A stretch of DNA of 64,000 nucleotides from Desulfuromonadaceae bacterium (lineage in GTDB: Bacteria > Desulfobacterota > Desulfuromonadia > Desulfuromonadales > JAHYIW01), in contig JAHYIW010000001.1 of the NCBI GenBank assembly GCA_019429445.1, positions 85,336 to 149,335 on the forward strand, written 5' to 3'. The notes beneath the pieces are model-generated. The model saw only the letters and a program-made list of their open reading frames with translations, was not told the origin of the DNA and ran no database searches. Position numbers and translations under genes: made by a program. Of the stretch, positions 21,488-31,626 are shown in pieces; within the stretch, counting starts at the first letter, position 1, and every line of letters begins with the position of its first letter.

Positions 21488-23044
21488 ATGACTGAACATC
21501 TTCTGAGCTTGCTGACCTTCCTTCCGCTGGTGGGTATGATTGTCGTACTTTTCCTTCCCCGCGACAACGGTCCGCTGCTGAAGGGCTGCACGCTGGTCGT
21601 GACGCTCATCGTTTTTCTGGCCAGTTTGCCGCTGGCTTTCAATGACATTTTCAAGACATCTGCCGAGATGCAGTACGTTGAATTCGTCAACTGGATCAAT
21701 ATCGGCGATTTTTTCCGGATGAACTATTTTGTCGGTATCGATGGTATCAGTTTGTGGCTGGTGATGCTGACGACGTTTATTATGCCGATTACGGTTCTTT
21801 CGACATGGAATGCGGTTGAGAATAACATCAAGGGCTTCATGGCCTTGATGTTATTGCTGGAAACTGCATTGCTCGGTGCGTTTATCGCTCTTGATCTCTT
21901 CCTGTTTTACATTTTTTGGGAATTGATGCTGATTCCTATGTACTTCATGATCGGCATATGGGGGGGTAAAAACCGTATTTATGCCGCCATCAAGTTCTTT
22001 ATTTACACCGCGGTTGGCTCGTTGTTGATGTTGGTCGCGATTATGTACATTTACTACTACGCGGTTCAGTCGGGAATCAATATCGACGGTTTCAGCATCC
22101 TTGACTTCTACAATATGTCGATGGAGCCGGAACTCCAGACATTACTCTTTCTCGCTTTTGGCCTCAGTTTCGCGATCAAGGTGCCGATGTTCCCGGTTCA
22201 TACCTGGTTGGCCGATGCCCATACCGAAGCACCAACTGCCGGTTCAGTCATATTGGCCGCAATTATGTTGAAGATGGGAACCTACGGTTATGTTCGTTTT
22301 GCGATCCCGCTTTTCCCCGAGGCCACTCAGCAGTTCCTGCCATACTTGGCGCTATTGGCTGTTATTGGTATCATTTATGGCGCATTGGTAGCGATGATGC
22401 AGGAAGACGTTAAAAAGCTCGTTGCGTACTCTTCCGTTTCTCACTTGGGCTTCGTCATGCTCGGAATCTTTGCCCTGAATATCCAGGGCCTGGCCGGTGG
22501 CATGTTACAGATGATCAATCATGGTATTTCAACCGGTGCGCTTTTCCTTATTGTTGGATTTATTTATGAGCGCCGCCACACTCGCGCGATTGCTGACTTT
22601 GGTGGCCTCGCGAAAGTGATGCCGGTTTTTGCGACAGTTTTTATGATTATCACTCTTTCGTCGATTGGTGTTCCTGGCACTAACGGTTTTGTCGGGGAGT
22701 TTCTGATTCTTATCGGTGCCTTTGCAAGTGAATTGCGCTGGTTCGCCGTTATCGCCACGACCGGGGTAATCTTTGCAGCTGTTTACATGCTCTGGATGTT
22801 CCAGCGAGTTATATTCGGCAAGGTCACCAACCCGGCGAACGAGAAGCTTGCCGACCTTTCAGTGCGCGAGATGGTGCTGATGCTGCCGTTGCTCCTGTTT
22901 GTGTTTTGGATTGGCATTTATCCGAATGTCTTTCTCGAGAAGATGAACCCATCGCTCGAAAATCTGATTAATCAGGTCAAGAGCAAGCAGCATGTCGCGG
23001 TTGTTGAAGTTGAACAACCGAACCTGCTGACGCTGAATAAGTAA
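21488..23044 (+). CDS. nuoM: NADH-quinone oxidoreductase subunit M
   Basis: 'IKVPMFPVHTWLADAHTEAPTAGS'. Confidence 0.96.
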   Translation: MTEHLLSLLTFLPLVGMIVVLFLPRDNGPLLKGCTLVVTLIVFLASLPLAFNDIFKTSAEMQYVEFVNWINIGDFFRMNYFVGIDGISLWLVMLTTFIMPITVLSTWNAVENNIKGFMALMLLLETALLGAFIALDLFLFYIFWELMLIPMYFMIGIWGGKNRIYAAIKFFIYTAVGSLLMLVAIMYIYYYAVQSGINIDGFSILDFYNMSMEPELQTLLFLAFGLSFAIKVPMFPVHTWLADAHTEAPTAGSVILAAIMLKMGTYGYVRFAIPLFPEATQQFLPYLALLAVIGIIYGALVAMMQEDVKKLVAYSSVSHLGFVMLGIFALNIQGLAGGMLQMINHGISTGALFLIVGFIYERRHTRAIADFGGLAKVMPVFATVFMIITLSSIGVPGTNGFVGEFLILIGAFASELRWFAVIATTGVIFAAVYMLWMFQRVIFGKVTNPANEKLADLSVREMVLMLPLLLFVFWIGIYPNVFLEKMNPSLENLINQVKSKQHVAVVEVEQPNLLTLNK

Positions 23045-23078
23045 AGATCTTATATATCTGGCTTCTGGAGGAGCATTC

Positions 23079-24545
23079 ATGGACACTTCGTTGGTGCAAC
23101 AAGCCATAGACAATGTAAATTTTGCGGCAATTATGCCTGCGTTGATCTTGTGCGTGGTCGGTATGGTCGCACTTTTGATCGGTGTTTTTTCAAAACGCGG
23201 AAGAACGTTCCACATCTCACTGATCTGCCTTTTCGGTTTAGTGGCAGCGGGCGTAGCGACGGCAAGTGGCTGGAATCAGCCATATCAATTCGGGTTTAGC
23301 GGCCATGTGGCGCTGGATAATTTTGCCCGCTTCTTCAATATGACCTTTATATTCGGGTCGATATTGACGATTTTGATGTCAGATGACTACTTGAAGCGTG
23401 AAGGTTATCCGATCGCGGAATATTATCCGCTGATCCTTTTCACCACCGCAGGTGCCATGTTGATGGCCTCGGGCACCGACATGATGACAATTTTTCTCGG
23501 TCTCGAAGTCCTCTCGATATCTCTTTATGTATTGTCAGGTCTCTTTCGCGGACAGGTTCGTTCCAACGAGGCTGGCCTTAAATATTTCCTGCTAGGATCA
23601 TTTTCGACCGGTTTCCTCCTCTACGGGATTGCCCTGATCTACGGTGTCTCCGGGACCACGAACTTGACTGATATTGGCAACTACTTTGTTTACCATCCGG
23701 CGCTTCTTACCGACCCGATGACAATTGCGGGAATGTTGTTGCTGAGTGTTGGCCTCCTCTTCAAGATTGCTGTGGCACCATTTCACATGTGGGCGCCGGA
23801 TGTTTATCAAGGGGCTCCGACGCCGATTACCGCATTCATGAGCGCCGGACCCAAGGCTGCCGCATTTGCTGCGTTTCTACGTATTCTGCTTCTGGCACTT
23901 GGTGGCCTTGAAAATGAATGGACGTCGTTGCTGTGGGTTCTTGCCGTGGCCACGATGACGATCGGGAACGTGATCGCAATCAGCCAGACCGACATAAAAC
24001 GGATGCTTGCCTACTCATCGATTGCTCACGCTGGATACGCGCTGGTCGGAATTGTCGCTGCAAATGCGATAGGTATCTCGGGTATTATGTTCTACATGCT
24101 CGCCTATACCTTTATGAACATTGGTGCTTTTGCCGTTCTCACGTTAGCGGGCAAAAAAGGCGAAAACAATCTGACGCTTGACGGTTTTGCCGGATTTGGT
24201 TTCAAGCAACCGTTTCTCGGTGTCGCAATGGCAATTTTCTTGTTTTCGCTGATGGGGATTCCGCCGACGGCCGGTTTTGTTGGTAAATTTTACATTTTCT
24301 CCGGTGCGGTCGAGGCAGGATATATTTGGCTGGCGGTGATTGGAGTCCTGAACTCCGCAGTTTCTCTTTACTACTACCTCCGGGTGCTGGTTTATATGTA
24401 TTTCCGCGATCCCAATGAAGAATTTGAATGGGTTGCGCTTAAAACTGGCGCGCTCATTTCAATTATTCTGGCGATTGTCGGGGTTTTGTATCTGGGGATC
24501 CTGCCGGGTGGTGTGATGGAAATGGCAAAGCTCGGTCTTTTCTGA
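23079..24545 (+). CDS. nuoN: NADH-quinone oxidoreductase subunit N
   Basis: 'EAGLKYF', 'PFHMWAPDVYQGAPTP', 'KRMLAYSSIAHAGY'. Confidence 0.96.
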   Translation: MDTSLVQQAIDNVNFAAIMPALILCVVGMVALLIGVFSKRGRTFHISLICLFGLVAAGVATASGWNQPYQFGFSGHVALDNFARFFNMTFIFGSILTILMSDDYLKREGYPIAEYYPLILFTTAGAMLMASGTDMMTIFLGLEVLSISLYVLSGLFRGQVRSNEAGLKYFLLGSFSTGFLLYGIALIYGVSGTTNLTDIGNYFVYHPALLTDPMTIAGMLLLSVGLLFKIAVAPFHMWAPDVYQGAPTPITAFMSAGPKAAAFAAFLRILLLALGGLENEWTSLLWVLAVATMTIGNVIAISQTDIKRMLAYSSIAHAGYALVGIVAANAIGISGIMFYMLAYTFMNIGAFAVLTLAGKKGENNLTLDGFAGFGFKQPFLGVAMAIFLFSLMGIPPTAGFVGKFYIFSGAVEAGYIWLAVIGVLNSAVSLYYYLRVLVYMYFRDPNEEFEWVALKTGALISIILAIVGVLYLGILPGGVMEMAKLGLF

Positions 24546-24561
24546 CTTGTTTGTAATGCAT

Positions 24562-24594
24562 GTAAAAAGCCCCGGTTCTTCCGGGGCTTTTTAC
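24562..24594 (+). terminator. Rho-independent terminator after nuoN (possibly bidirectional)
   Basis: GTAAAAAGCCCCGG-TTCTT-CCGGGGCTTTTTAC. Confidence 0.88.
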
Positions 24595-24645
24595 GTTGTG
24601 GAGAAAATGCCTGACAGTCATGTTCAAATTGACTAAGATGTGCCT

Positions 24646-26040
24646 ATGAATATCCCGCGCAGATATGAATCGTTGCAAGATTTTATTGCACTCCTTGAAC
24701 AGCATGGGGAGCTGCACCGGGTCAGGACGATGGTCAGCGCAGATCAGGAAATCGCGGCACTTACTGATCGGGTCGCCAAGCGCAAGGGGGGTGGCCCCGG
24801 CCTGCTTTTCGAACAGGTTGATAAATATAACTGGCCCAGCGCAACGAACCTTTACGGCTCTTTGCAGCGTTGTGCCTGGGCTGCTGGTGTTGAGCGACTT
24901 GCAGCGCTGAGTCAACGGCTTGAAATCGATTTACGCGGCAGTGCCGGAAAGACAGCAGCACAACGTTTGGAGCGCCTGGTCAATGTTCCCGGATTTCAGC
25001 CAGTAATAGCCAAGGCGCCGACATGTCGCGAAGCCGTTGCTGCGCATATCGACCTGACAACGATCCCGCTGTTGCGCAACTTCCCGGATGATGGCGGAAG
25101 TTATCTGACTTTGGCTCAGGTTTTTACCGATAATCCGGTTACCCGACGTAACAACTGCGGTATCTACCGTGTCCAGCTGGTTGATCCCACCCATCTTGCG
25201 ATACACTGGCATGACGGTTCTGATGGCGCGAACAATTTCCGCGCTTATTCAGACAGCGGCAAAAAGATGCCGATTGCAATCGCACTGGGTGGAGATCCGG
25301 CGCTCCTTTTCAGCGCCGCGATGAAACTTCCTGAGACCGTCGATGAAGTGGCTTTTGCAAGTTACCTGCGTGCGGCACCGCTGGGGATGACACCATGTTT
25401 ATCCCATCAGCTCCGCGTTCCGGCATCCGCAGAAGTTGTGCTGGAAGGTGAGGTCGTAACGGGCGAAGGTTTTATTGAAGGCCCCTATGGCAATCACACC
25501 GGCAACTACCAACCGGAGCACCGGTGTCCGCTGATCCACATTACCCACCTGAGTCATCGTCACCGACCGATTATCCCGGCCACCATTATCGGTCGTCCGC
25601 CAACCGAAAACTGTTATCTTGGCAAAGTGATTGAGCGGTTGATTCTCCCTCTGCTGAAAATTGATCATCCCGCACTGCATGACCTCTGTATGCCGCTCGA
25701 AGCGATTTTCCATGGTTGTGCCTTGGTATCGATCAATGCATCCTCCTCTGTTTCGGTGCAGTCTCTGGCTCGTGATATCCTTGACGGACCCTGGTTACGT
25801 GGCGTGCGGTTACTGGTTGTGTTCGATCAGGAAGTGAAAGTCCATGATCTGTCGATGTGTTTCTGGCAGGCAATCAACCACCTGGATATCAATGACGATA
25901 ATGAAAAAATCGGCGCTGCACGTATCTTTGATGCGACGCGTAAAGCGACCGACGGTGCGCCCTGCAAACGTTCGCCAGCCATTGAACAACTGGTGACACG
26001 ACGCCTTGAAGAATATGGTTTGCGCGAGACAATGGAGTGA
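24646..26040 (+). CDS. UbiD-family (de)carboxylase homolog of the futalosine menaquinone locus
   Basis: 'NCGIYRVQ', 'PIAIALGGDP', 'VPASAEVVLEG', 'EGPYGNHTG'; adjacent to ubiA/ubiX/mqnE. Confidence 0.88.
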   Translation: MNIPRRYESLQDFIALLEQHGELHRVRTMVSADQEIAALTDRVAKRKGGGPGLLFEQVDKYNWPSATNLYGSLQRCAWAAGVERLAALSQRLEIDLRGSAGKTAAQRLERLVNVPGFQPVIAKAPTCREAVAAHIDLTTIPLLRNFPDDGGSYLTLAQVFTDNPVTRRNNCGIYRVQLVDPTHLAIHWHDGSDGANNFRAYSDSGKKMPIAIALGGDPALLFSAAMKLPETVDEVAFASYLRAAPLGMTPCLSHQLRVPASAEVVLEGEVVTGEGFIEGPYGNHTGNYQPEHRCPLIHITHLSHRHRPIIPATIIGRPPTENCYLGKVIERLILPLLKIDHPALHDLCMPLEAIFHGCALVSINASSSVSVQSLARDILDGPWLRGVRLLVVFDQEVKVHDLSMCFWQAINHLDINDDNEKIGAARIFDATRKATDGAPCKRSPAIEQLVTRRLEEYGLRETME

Positions 26041-26109
26041 AAATCTTGCTTCTTCCGCTGTCTCCCGCTATCATATCGCCTCATTAACGAGCTTGTGAAG
26101 GGTGACGCT

Positions 26110-26985
26110 GTGAGTCTGTCTGTTGTTATTGAAAAAATTGTAATTTTGCTGGAAATGATCAAGTTTTCCCATACCGTTTTCGCCTTTCCTTTTGCGCTGA
26201 TGGGTGTGGTTCTGGCTTCGCTGGCGAGCGCGACAACGCCGACAATTATGCAGATTGTCTGGATTTGTCTGGCGATGATTGGCGCGCGCAGTGCGGCGAT
26301 GGCGCTTAATCGCATACTTGATGCCAGGATCGATGCGGAGAACCCGCGTACTTCCGGGCGTCATATTCCGGCAGGGAAAGTAGCGCCGAGCGAGGCGTGG
26401 TTGTTCGTGATCATCTCTGCCGGGGTGTTGCTCTTTGCCGCCTGGATGCTCAATCCCCTCTGTTTTTTCCTGGCGCCGATCGTTCTTGCGCTTTTTGTCC
26501 TCTATGCCTATTGTAAACGCTTTACCCTGCTGGCTCATGTGGTTCTGGGGGTGTGTCTGGCAGGCGCGCCGGTTGGAGCTTGGATCGCGTTGCGCGGTGA
26601 CGTTCAATGGCCAGTCGTCGCGTTGGGGCTGGCGGTCCTCTTCTGGGTCGCAGGGTTCGACATCTTCTACGCATTGCAGGATATTGCGTTTGACCGGGAT
26701 CATGGTCTGCATTCTATCCCGGCCAGGCTCGGGGTCGAACGTTCCTTGCTGCTGGTGAAACTCTTCCATGTCATCATGGCGTTGTTGCTGCTCAGTCTGC
26801 TTGCGGTCGAGGGGTTGGGCATTATTTATCTGCTTGGCGTGATCGTCGTTTGCGGTTTGCTTGTCTATGAACATCAGCTGGTCAAGGCGAACGATTTATC
26901 AAAACTGGACGCGGCCTTCTTTAATATGAATGGCTATATCAGTGTGACAATCTTTGTATTTACTCTGGCTGATGCGCTGATTTAA
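26110..26985 (+). CDS. UbiA-like polyprenyltransferase (MqnP type)
   Basis: 'IKFSHTVFAFPFA', 'NRILDARIDAENPRT', 'GFDIFYALQD', 'AFFNMNG'; GTG start approximate. Confidence 0.92.
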   Translation: MSLSVVIEKIVILLEMIKFSHTVFAFPFALMGVVLASLASATTPTIMQIVWICLAMIGARSAAMALNRILDARIDAENPRTSGRHIPAGKVAPSEAWLFVIISAGVLLFAAWMLNPLCFFLAPIVLALFVLYAYCKRFTLLAHVVLGVCLAGAPVGAWIALRGDVQWPVVALGLAVLFWVAGFDIFYALQDIAFDRDHGLHSIPARLGVERSLLLVKLFHVIMALLLLSLLAVEGLGIIYLLGVIVVCGLLVYEHQLVKANDLSKLDAAFFNMNGYISVTIFVFTLADALI

Positions 26986-27002
26986 ATTCGATCTGGAATA
27001 TT

Positions 27003-27605
27003 ATGAAAAATATTGTCGTCGCGATAACCGGAGCCTCCGGCACAATTTACGGCCTCAGACTGGCCGAGGAATTATTACGCAGCAAGTGTTGTGTCGGACT
27101 AATCCTCACTAACGCCGGGCGTGAAGTTCTCAACTACGAAACCGGTCTGAACTGGCCAATGCCATTTGAGCAACTCAAAGCGGCAGTCAATGACCACTTC
27201 GCGGCCTCTGAACAGTTGGCCATCTACGCCGAAAACGACCTTTTCTCGCCACTGGCAAGCGGTTCTTCGTGCGCCGATGCCATGGTAGTGATTCCTTGTT
27301 CGATGGGAACACTGGGACGGATTGCCGGGGGGCTGAGTAACAATCTGATCGAACGAAGCGCAGACGTGATGCTCAAGGAACGAGGCGATTTGCTTCTGGT
27401 CCCTCGCGAGACCCCCTTCAACCACATCCATCTGGAGAATTTACTCAGATTGAGTCGTGCCGGGGCACAGATCATTCCTGCCATGCCCGGTTTTTATCAT
27501 CGACCGCAGACTATCGATGATCTGGTCAACTTTGTGGTCGGTAAAGTCCTCGATGCGCTGGGTGTCGAACATCAACTTTTTCTGCGCTGGGGGGCTGCAA
27601 AATAG
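27003..27605 (+). CDS. ubiX: Flavin prenyltransferase UbiX
   Basis: 'VAITGASG', 'ASGS', 'PCSMGTL', 'LVPRETP', 'PAMPGFY'. Confidence 0.94.
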   Translation: MKNIVVAITGASGTIYGLRLAEELLRSKCCVGLILTNAGREVLNYETGLNWPMPFEQLKAAVNDHFAASEQLAIYAENDLFSPLASGSSCADAMVVIPCSMGTLGRIAGGLSNNLIERSADVMLKERGDLLLVPRETPFNHIHLENLLRLSRAGAQIIPAMPGFYHRPQTIDDLVNFVVGKVLDALGVEHQLFLRWGAAK

Positions 27606-28693
27606 TGGACACGATGACCAGCTTGCTGGATACGGTACGAATCAAAATAGACGCAGGTGCGCGGATTTCCGACGCTGAAGCGCTGGCACTCTTTGCGTGC
27701 AACGACCTGCTGGCAATCGGAACGTTGGCGGCGCAGGCAAATCGGCGCAAGAATGGCGACAAGGTTTATTTTAACGTCAATCGTCACATCAATTACACCA
27801 ACCTGTGCGTCAATCGCTGCACCTTTTGTGCATTCAGCAAGGAGGTCGATGACGAGGGGTGTTACACCTTGACCTTAACCGACATCCTTGCCAAAGCTGC
27901 CGAGGCGCAAAGGGCGGGGGCGACCGAGTTACATATGGTCGGCGGTTTGCATCCGGCGTTGCCCTTCGATTTTTATCTGGAAATGCTGGCGGCGATCAAG
28001 GCCGACAACCCGGGCCTGCACCTCAAGGCGTTTACCGCCGTAGAAATTGACTACTTTGCTCAATTGACCGGGCAGCCATTGGAACAAGTGATTCTGGAGC
28101 TGAAAGAAGCCGGAATGGAATCGCTGCCCGGGGGTGGGGCGGAGATTTTTGCGCCGCAGGTGCGGAATAAAATCTGTCCGGAAAAGATCAGTGGTGCGCG
28201 CTGGCTTGAAGTGATCGAAACCGTGCATCGCTGCGGGCTGAAAACCAATGCCACGATGCTTTTCGGTCATCTCGAAACCCCTGCCGACCGGGTTGATCAT
28301 CTCGCCCGATTGCGTCAGTTGCAGGATCTCAGCGGCGGATTTCAGGCGTTTATCCCGCTGGCTTTTCAGCCGGACAATACCCGCGTGCCCGGTGCCACGG
28401 GAGTCGGCGGGATCGATGCCCTGAAAACCCTGGCAATCAGTCGCATCTACCTCGACAACTTTCAGCATATCAAGGCCTACTGGGTGATGCTCGGTCTGAA
28501 GATTGCGCAAGTGTCGCTGTGCTTCGGTGTTAACGATCTGGACGGCACGGTGGTCGAGGAGAAAATCGGCCACGACGCCGGAGCCGATTCGCCGCAGCAA
28601 CTCGACAAAGAACAACTGTGCGCCCTGATCCGCAAGGCGGGCAAGGTTCCGGTGGAGCGGGATACGTTGTATCGGGAAATACAGGAGTATTGA
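27605..28693 (+). CDS. mqnE: Aminofutalosine synthase (radical SAM)
   Basis: 'NRHINYTNLCVNRCTFCAF', 'LPGGGAEIF', 'HIKAYWVM', 'DGTVVEEKIGHDAG'. Confidence 0.9.
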   Translation: MDTMTSLLDTVRIKIDAGARISDAEALALFACNDLLAIGTLAAQANRRKNGDKVYFNVNRHINYTNLCVNRCTFCAFSKEVDDEGCYTLTLTDILAKAAEAQRAGATELHMVGGLHPALPFDFYLEMLAAIKADNPGLHLKAFTAVEIDYFAQLTGQPLEQVILELKEAGMESLPGGGAEIFAPQVRNKICPEKISGARWLEVIETVHRCGLKTNATMLFGHLETPADRVDHLARLRQLQDLSGGFQAFIPLAFQPDNTRVPGATGVGGIDALKTLAISRIYLDNFQHIKAYWVMLGLKIAQVSLCFGVNDLDGTVVEEKIGHDAGADSPQQLDKEQLCALIRKAGKVPVERDTLYREIQEY

Positions 28694-28694
28694 T

Positions 28695-30917
28695 ATGAAT
28701 AATTTAGATGATGCCTTGGGCATGGTGCCTTTTCCGCTGATTTTTCCAGAAGTCGAAGAAAAAATGTTAGGGATTTCACTGCTCCGAAAAGTCGGCAAAC
28801 TGAAAGCGGGAGAATATCACTTCATCGAGGCCTATTGTGTTGAGGAGGGTTGTGATTGCCGCCGAACAGCGATTTTTGTCTGCAACGCCAAGGGAAAAAT
28901 TGTCGCCACGATCGACTTTGGATTCGATCCCGACCACCCGTTGTCCGGGCCGTTTCTCAATGAGAATCAGAAACAACTGGCCGGGGCCAAGGAGTTGCTG
29001 GAAATCTTCGTTGCCGAGATCAACAACAACCCCGATTGGCTGAAGAGGATGTATAAACGGTATAAACAGGTACGCAAGGAAGTTGATGGTAAAACGTATC
29101 GCGGCAAAGCCTTTCCGAAACCGGGACTGGTGCCGCGTTCGCATACACTCCCCCCTGCCGACGAAGACCTTTTTGCGAATTTTAAACTGCTGCTTGAGGC
29201 TGCGGTGAAATCCCCGCCAATTTCCAATAAACAATTGAAGAGGAATAAAGGGGCGCGGGGTCAACGGCTCACCGAACCCCGCCCTGCTGCGAAAAATATG
29301 ACGGAATGGGTTGATTTTTTCCTGCAGAATCAGCAGGATTCGTTCAGCGGGTATGATTTCAGAAAGGCAGAGCTGCAACGTTTTTTGCTTGCCTACGACC
29401 GGGCTGAGGATGAACTGGCCAAACTTATCGTTGAGCTGTACATGCGCGAAGATGACGCACGACTGGATGAGGCGCTGGCTGTCTTAACCGATGTGTGTGA
29501 TATCCTGCGCACGGATCTGGAACGACGTCGTCCCGATGCAATGCGCCGGATTGAAACCTGGCAGGCGGCTCTTGCTCGACATGTCTATGCCGAGAGTGTC
29601 GACATGGAACTGGGAGCCATGGTCACTCAGGTGTTGCTGGATACCCGGATCGAAATTTTGCCGCTGTTGCACCAGGCCAACAGCGAGCGAATGCTGGTAA
29701 AAATTGACCATGATCCGGAATTCGTAGCGGACCCCGAGCTGGGCATGCGTGAGTTGCTCAGTGCGCTTGAAGAGCACGAAAGCGGCAGTCCTTTTGAACT
29801 GCTCGACGCTGTGCTGCAAATGATGCTGGTTGGTGACAGCGATGTGCAGGTGATACTGTGCCGGCATATGCTTGAAGTAGAACATCCGGTGATTCGGGAA
29901 ATGGCGGCCTTGATGCTGTTTCATCCTGTCGCCGAGGTGCGGAGCGGCGTGGCCCGACAGTTGGCGGAGGTTGAGGGGCGCTTCCTGACCCCGGAAACTT
30001 TGCGCCGCCTGATTGTCGCTCGCAACTGGTTCCCCGAGGAGCTGCGCAAGCAGATTGACCAGACCGTGACCAATGCCCGCCGCGCGCGCGTGGAGTGTGC
30101 GCCGCTGCCGCCACGGCGCGGCACGGTTGTCTATGCGTCCGGTGTCGATGGCGCCATGGCACAGACCTTTCAGGTGATGATTCCCGAAGGAAAGGGCTTT
30201 CTGTGCTGTGCAATCATGCCCAAACGGGGTGCCGGGGTCGCCGATGCCTTTTTTATCCCTTTGGCAAACAAACGTGAGCGCAACAATTTTATTGAGATGC
30301 TGAAGGCAGAAACCGGAGCCCACGAATCGACGTCAGACTATCTTGACAGACGGATCTGTCAGGCGTTGGCCGATGGTGCCGAACATGGAAAGGTTCCCAG
30401 CCACTGGCTGGCTGCGATCGCCGAACAACTCGGCTGTGCCCAGTGGAAAGCGGTGCCGCTCGACGTGATGGCTGAATTGAAAAGTTTACGCAACGCGCTG
30501 GAAAGTTGCGGGGCGCGTTATGTGACCGAGCGTTACCGGGAACAGGCGTTCATTGCCTCGGCATCCTGGCTTGTGCAACAAACGTTTGCCTATTCCTGGT
30601 TTGAGGACGATGTTGACGTTGACAAGATTGTGCAAAAGACGCAAGGCAGGAAGAGGCAAATCGACCCGGAGCGGTGTATTGACGCGATCTTGTTTAAAAT
30701 TCTTCAGCCGCGTCGCAAGCAATGGCTGGAACGTCTGGTGCTGACAACCCGGTGGTTAAAGTCGATCAAAAAGCCGCCGGTTCCCTGGGAGCAGATGTTT
30801 CTCGTGACCGAGGCGCTGGCCGATGAGACGGTGGCTATCGAAGACATTCCGCTGATGGATGTCATCGCCGCCGAGAGCTTTGCAGCGTATCTCGGTCGGC
30901 GGGAGGAGGGGCGATAA
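28695..30917 (+). CDS. Hypothetical 740-aa protein with N-terminal CxxxxCxC motif and a long helical region
   Basis: Long intact ORF starting 1 nt after the mqnE stop; 'EAYCVEEGCDCRR'; no catalytic motif recognised. Confidence 0.8.
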   Translation: MNNLDDALGMVPFPLIFPEVEEKMLGISLLRKVGKLKAGEYHFIEAYCVEEGCDCRRTAIFVCNAKGKIVATIDFGFDPDHPLSGPFLNENQKQLAGAKELLEIFVAEINNNPDWLKRMYKRYKQVRKEVDGKTYRGKAFPKPGLVPRSHTLPPADEDLFANFKLLLEAAVKSPPISNKQLKRNKGARGQRLTEPRPAAKNMTEWVDFFLQNQQDSFSGYDFRKAELQRFLLAYDRAEDELAKLIVELYMREDDARLDEALAVLTDVCDILRTDLERRRPDAMRRIETWQAALARHVYAESVDMELGAMVTQVLLDTRIEILPLLHQANSERMLVKIDHDPEFVADPELGMRELLSALEEHESGSPFELLDAVLQMMLVGDSDVQVILCRHMLEVEHPVIREMAALMLFHPVAEVRSGVARQLAEVEGRFLTPETLRRLIVARNWFPEELRKQIDQTVTNARRARVECAPLPPRRGTVVYASGVDGAMAQTFQVMIPEGKGFLCCAIMPKRGAGVADAFFIPLANKRERNNFIEMLKAETGAHESTSDYLDRRICQALADGAEHGKVPSHWLAAIAEQLGCAQWKAVPLDVMAELKSLRNALESCGARYVTERYREQAFIASASWLVQQTFAYSWFEDDVDVDKIVQKTQGRKRQIDPERCIDAILFKILQPRRKQWLERLVLTTRWLKSIKKPPVPWEQMFLVTEALADETVAIEDIPLMDVIAAESFAAYLGRREEGR

Positions 30918-30919
30918 GC

Positions 30920-31309
30920 ATGCTGCGACTGAGAGAGCTGGAAAAACAAGAGATTATCCGTTATTTGGATTCGAATAAAGAATTTCCGGAAAAGTACCGC
31001 TTTTTACTCTTCGACGACAAGCGCGAGGTGGAGCTGGTCTGGAACGGCAAGCGCGAGATCATCCGCCTTCGCTCCAAAGGAGCTTCGGCGGACGAGTCCG
31101 GTGAGGATATTGACGGAGAATGGCAGGAGCAGTGGACCGGCGATTACGTCTTCGAGAACGAGTGGCAATCCTTCCGCACCAAGAAGGACCGTTCTCTGGA
31201 GCTGATCAGCGTCGCCCACGAATGCCCGCCGGGCCGGCGCAAGATCGCGGTGAAGGTGGTCGATATCTTCGGCAACGACACTATGACCATTGTCGAGGTT
31301 TCGGTATGA
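30920..31309 (+). pseudogene. Internally deleted type III-like DNA methyltransferase (Mod); N- and C-termini fused in frame
   Basis: N-end 'KYRFLLFDDKREVELVWNGK' runs straight into C-end 'WTGDYVFENEWQSFRTKKDRSLEL...RRKIAVKVVDIFGND'; no DPPY or FxGxG motif. Confidence 0.75.
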
Positions 31310-31626
31310 CAAACGAAACTTACCTGTCTGTATTTGAAGTTGTTGGTAGCCATTTGTGCTTTTCTTCCGCCGATGGACAGAAAGTTTATGATCGCCTTGT
31401 TGCAGGAGTGAGGACCGGCCGGAGGGTCGTGCTATCCTTCTGCAAAATTTCGACGCTCACGCCTGCTTTCTTGAATGCGGCGATTGGTCAGCTGTATGGG
31501 GAGTTCAGCGAAGAAAAAATTTGTTCCGCGCTGAAATTTGTAGATATAGATCGCATCGATCTGGAGCTGGTGAAGCACGTAACTGAAAATGCCAAGCAGT
31601 ATTTTGCCATCACAAGGGGGCTCTGA
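31306..31626 (+). CDS. STAS-like (DUF4325-type) small protein
   Basis: 'DGQKVY', 'VVLSF...LTPAFLNAAIGQLYG'; ATGA overlap with the preceding gene. Confidence 0.8.
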   Translation: MTNETYLSVFEVVGSHLCFSSADGQKVYDRLVAGVRTGRRVVLSFCKISTLTPAFLNAAIGQLYGEFSEEKICSALKFVDIDRIDLELVKHVTENAKQYFAITRGL

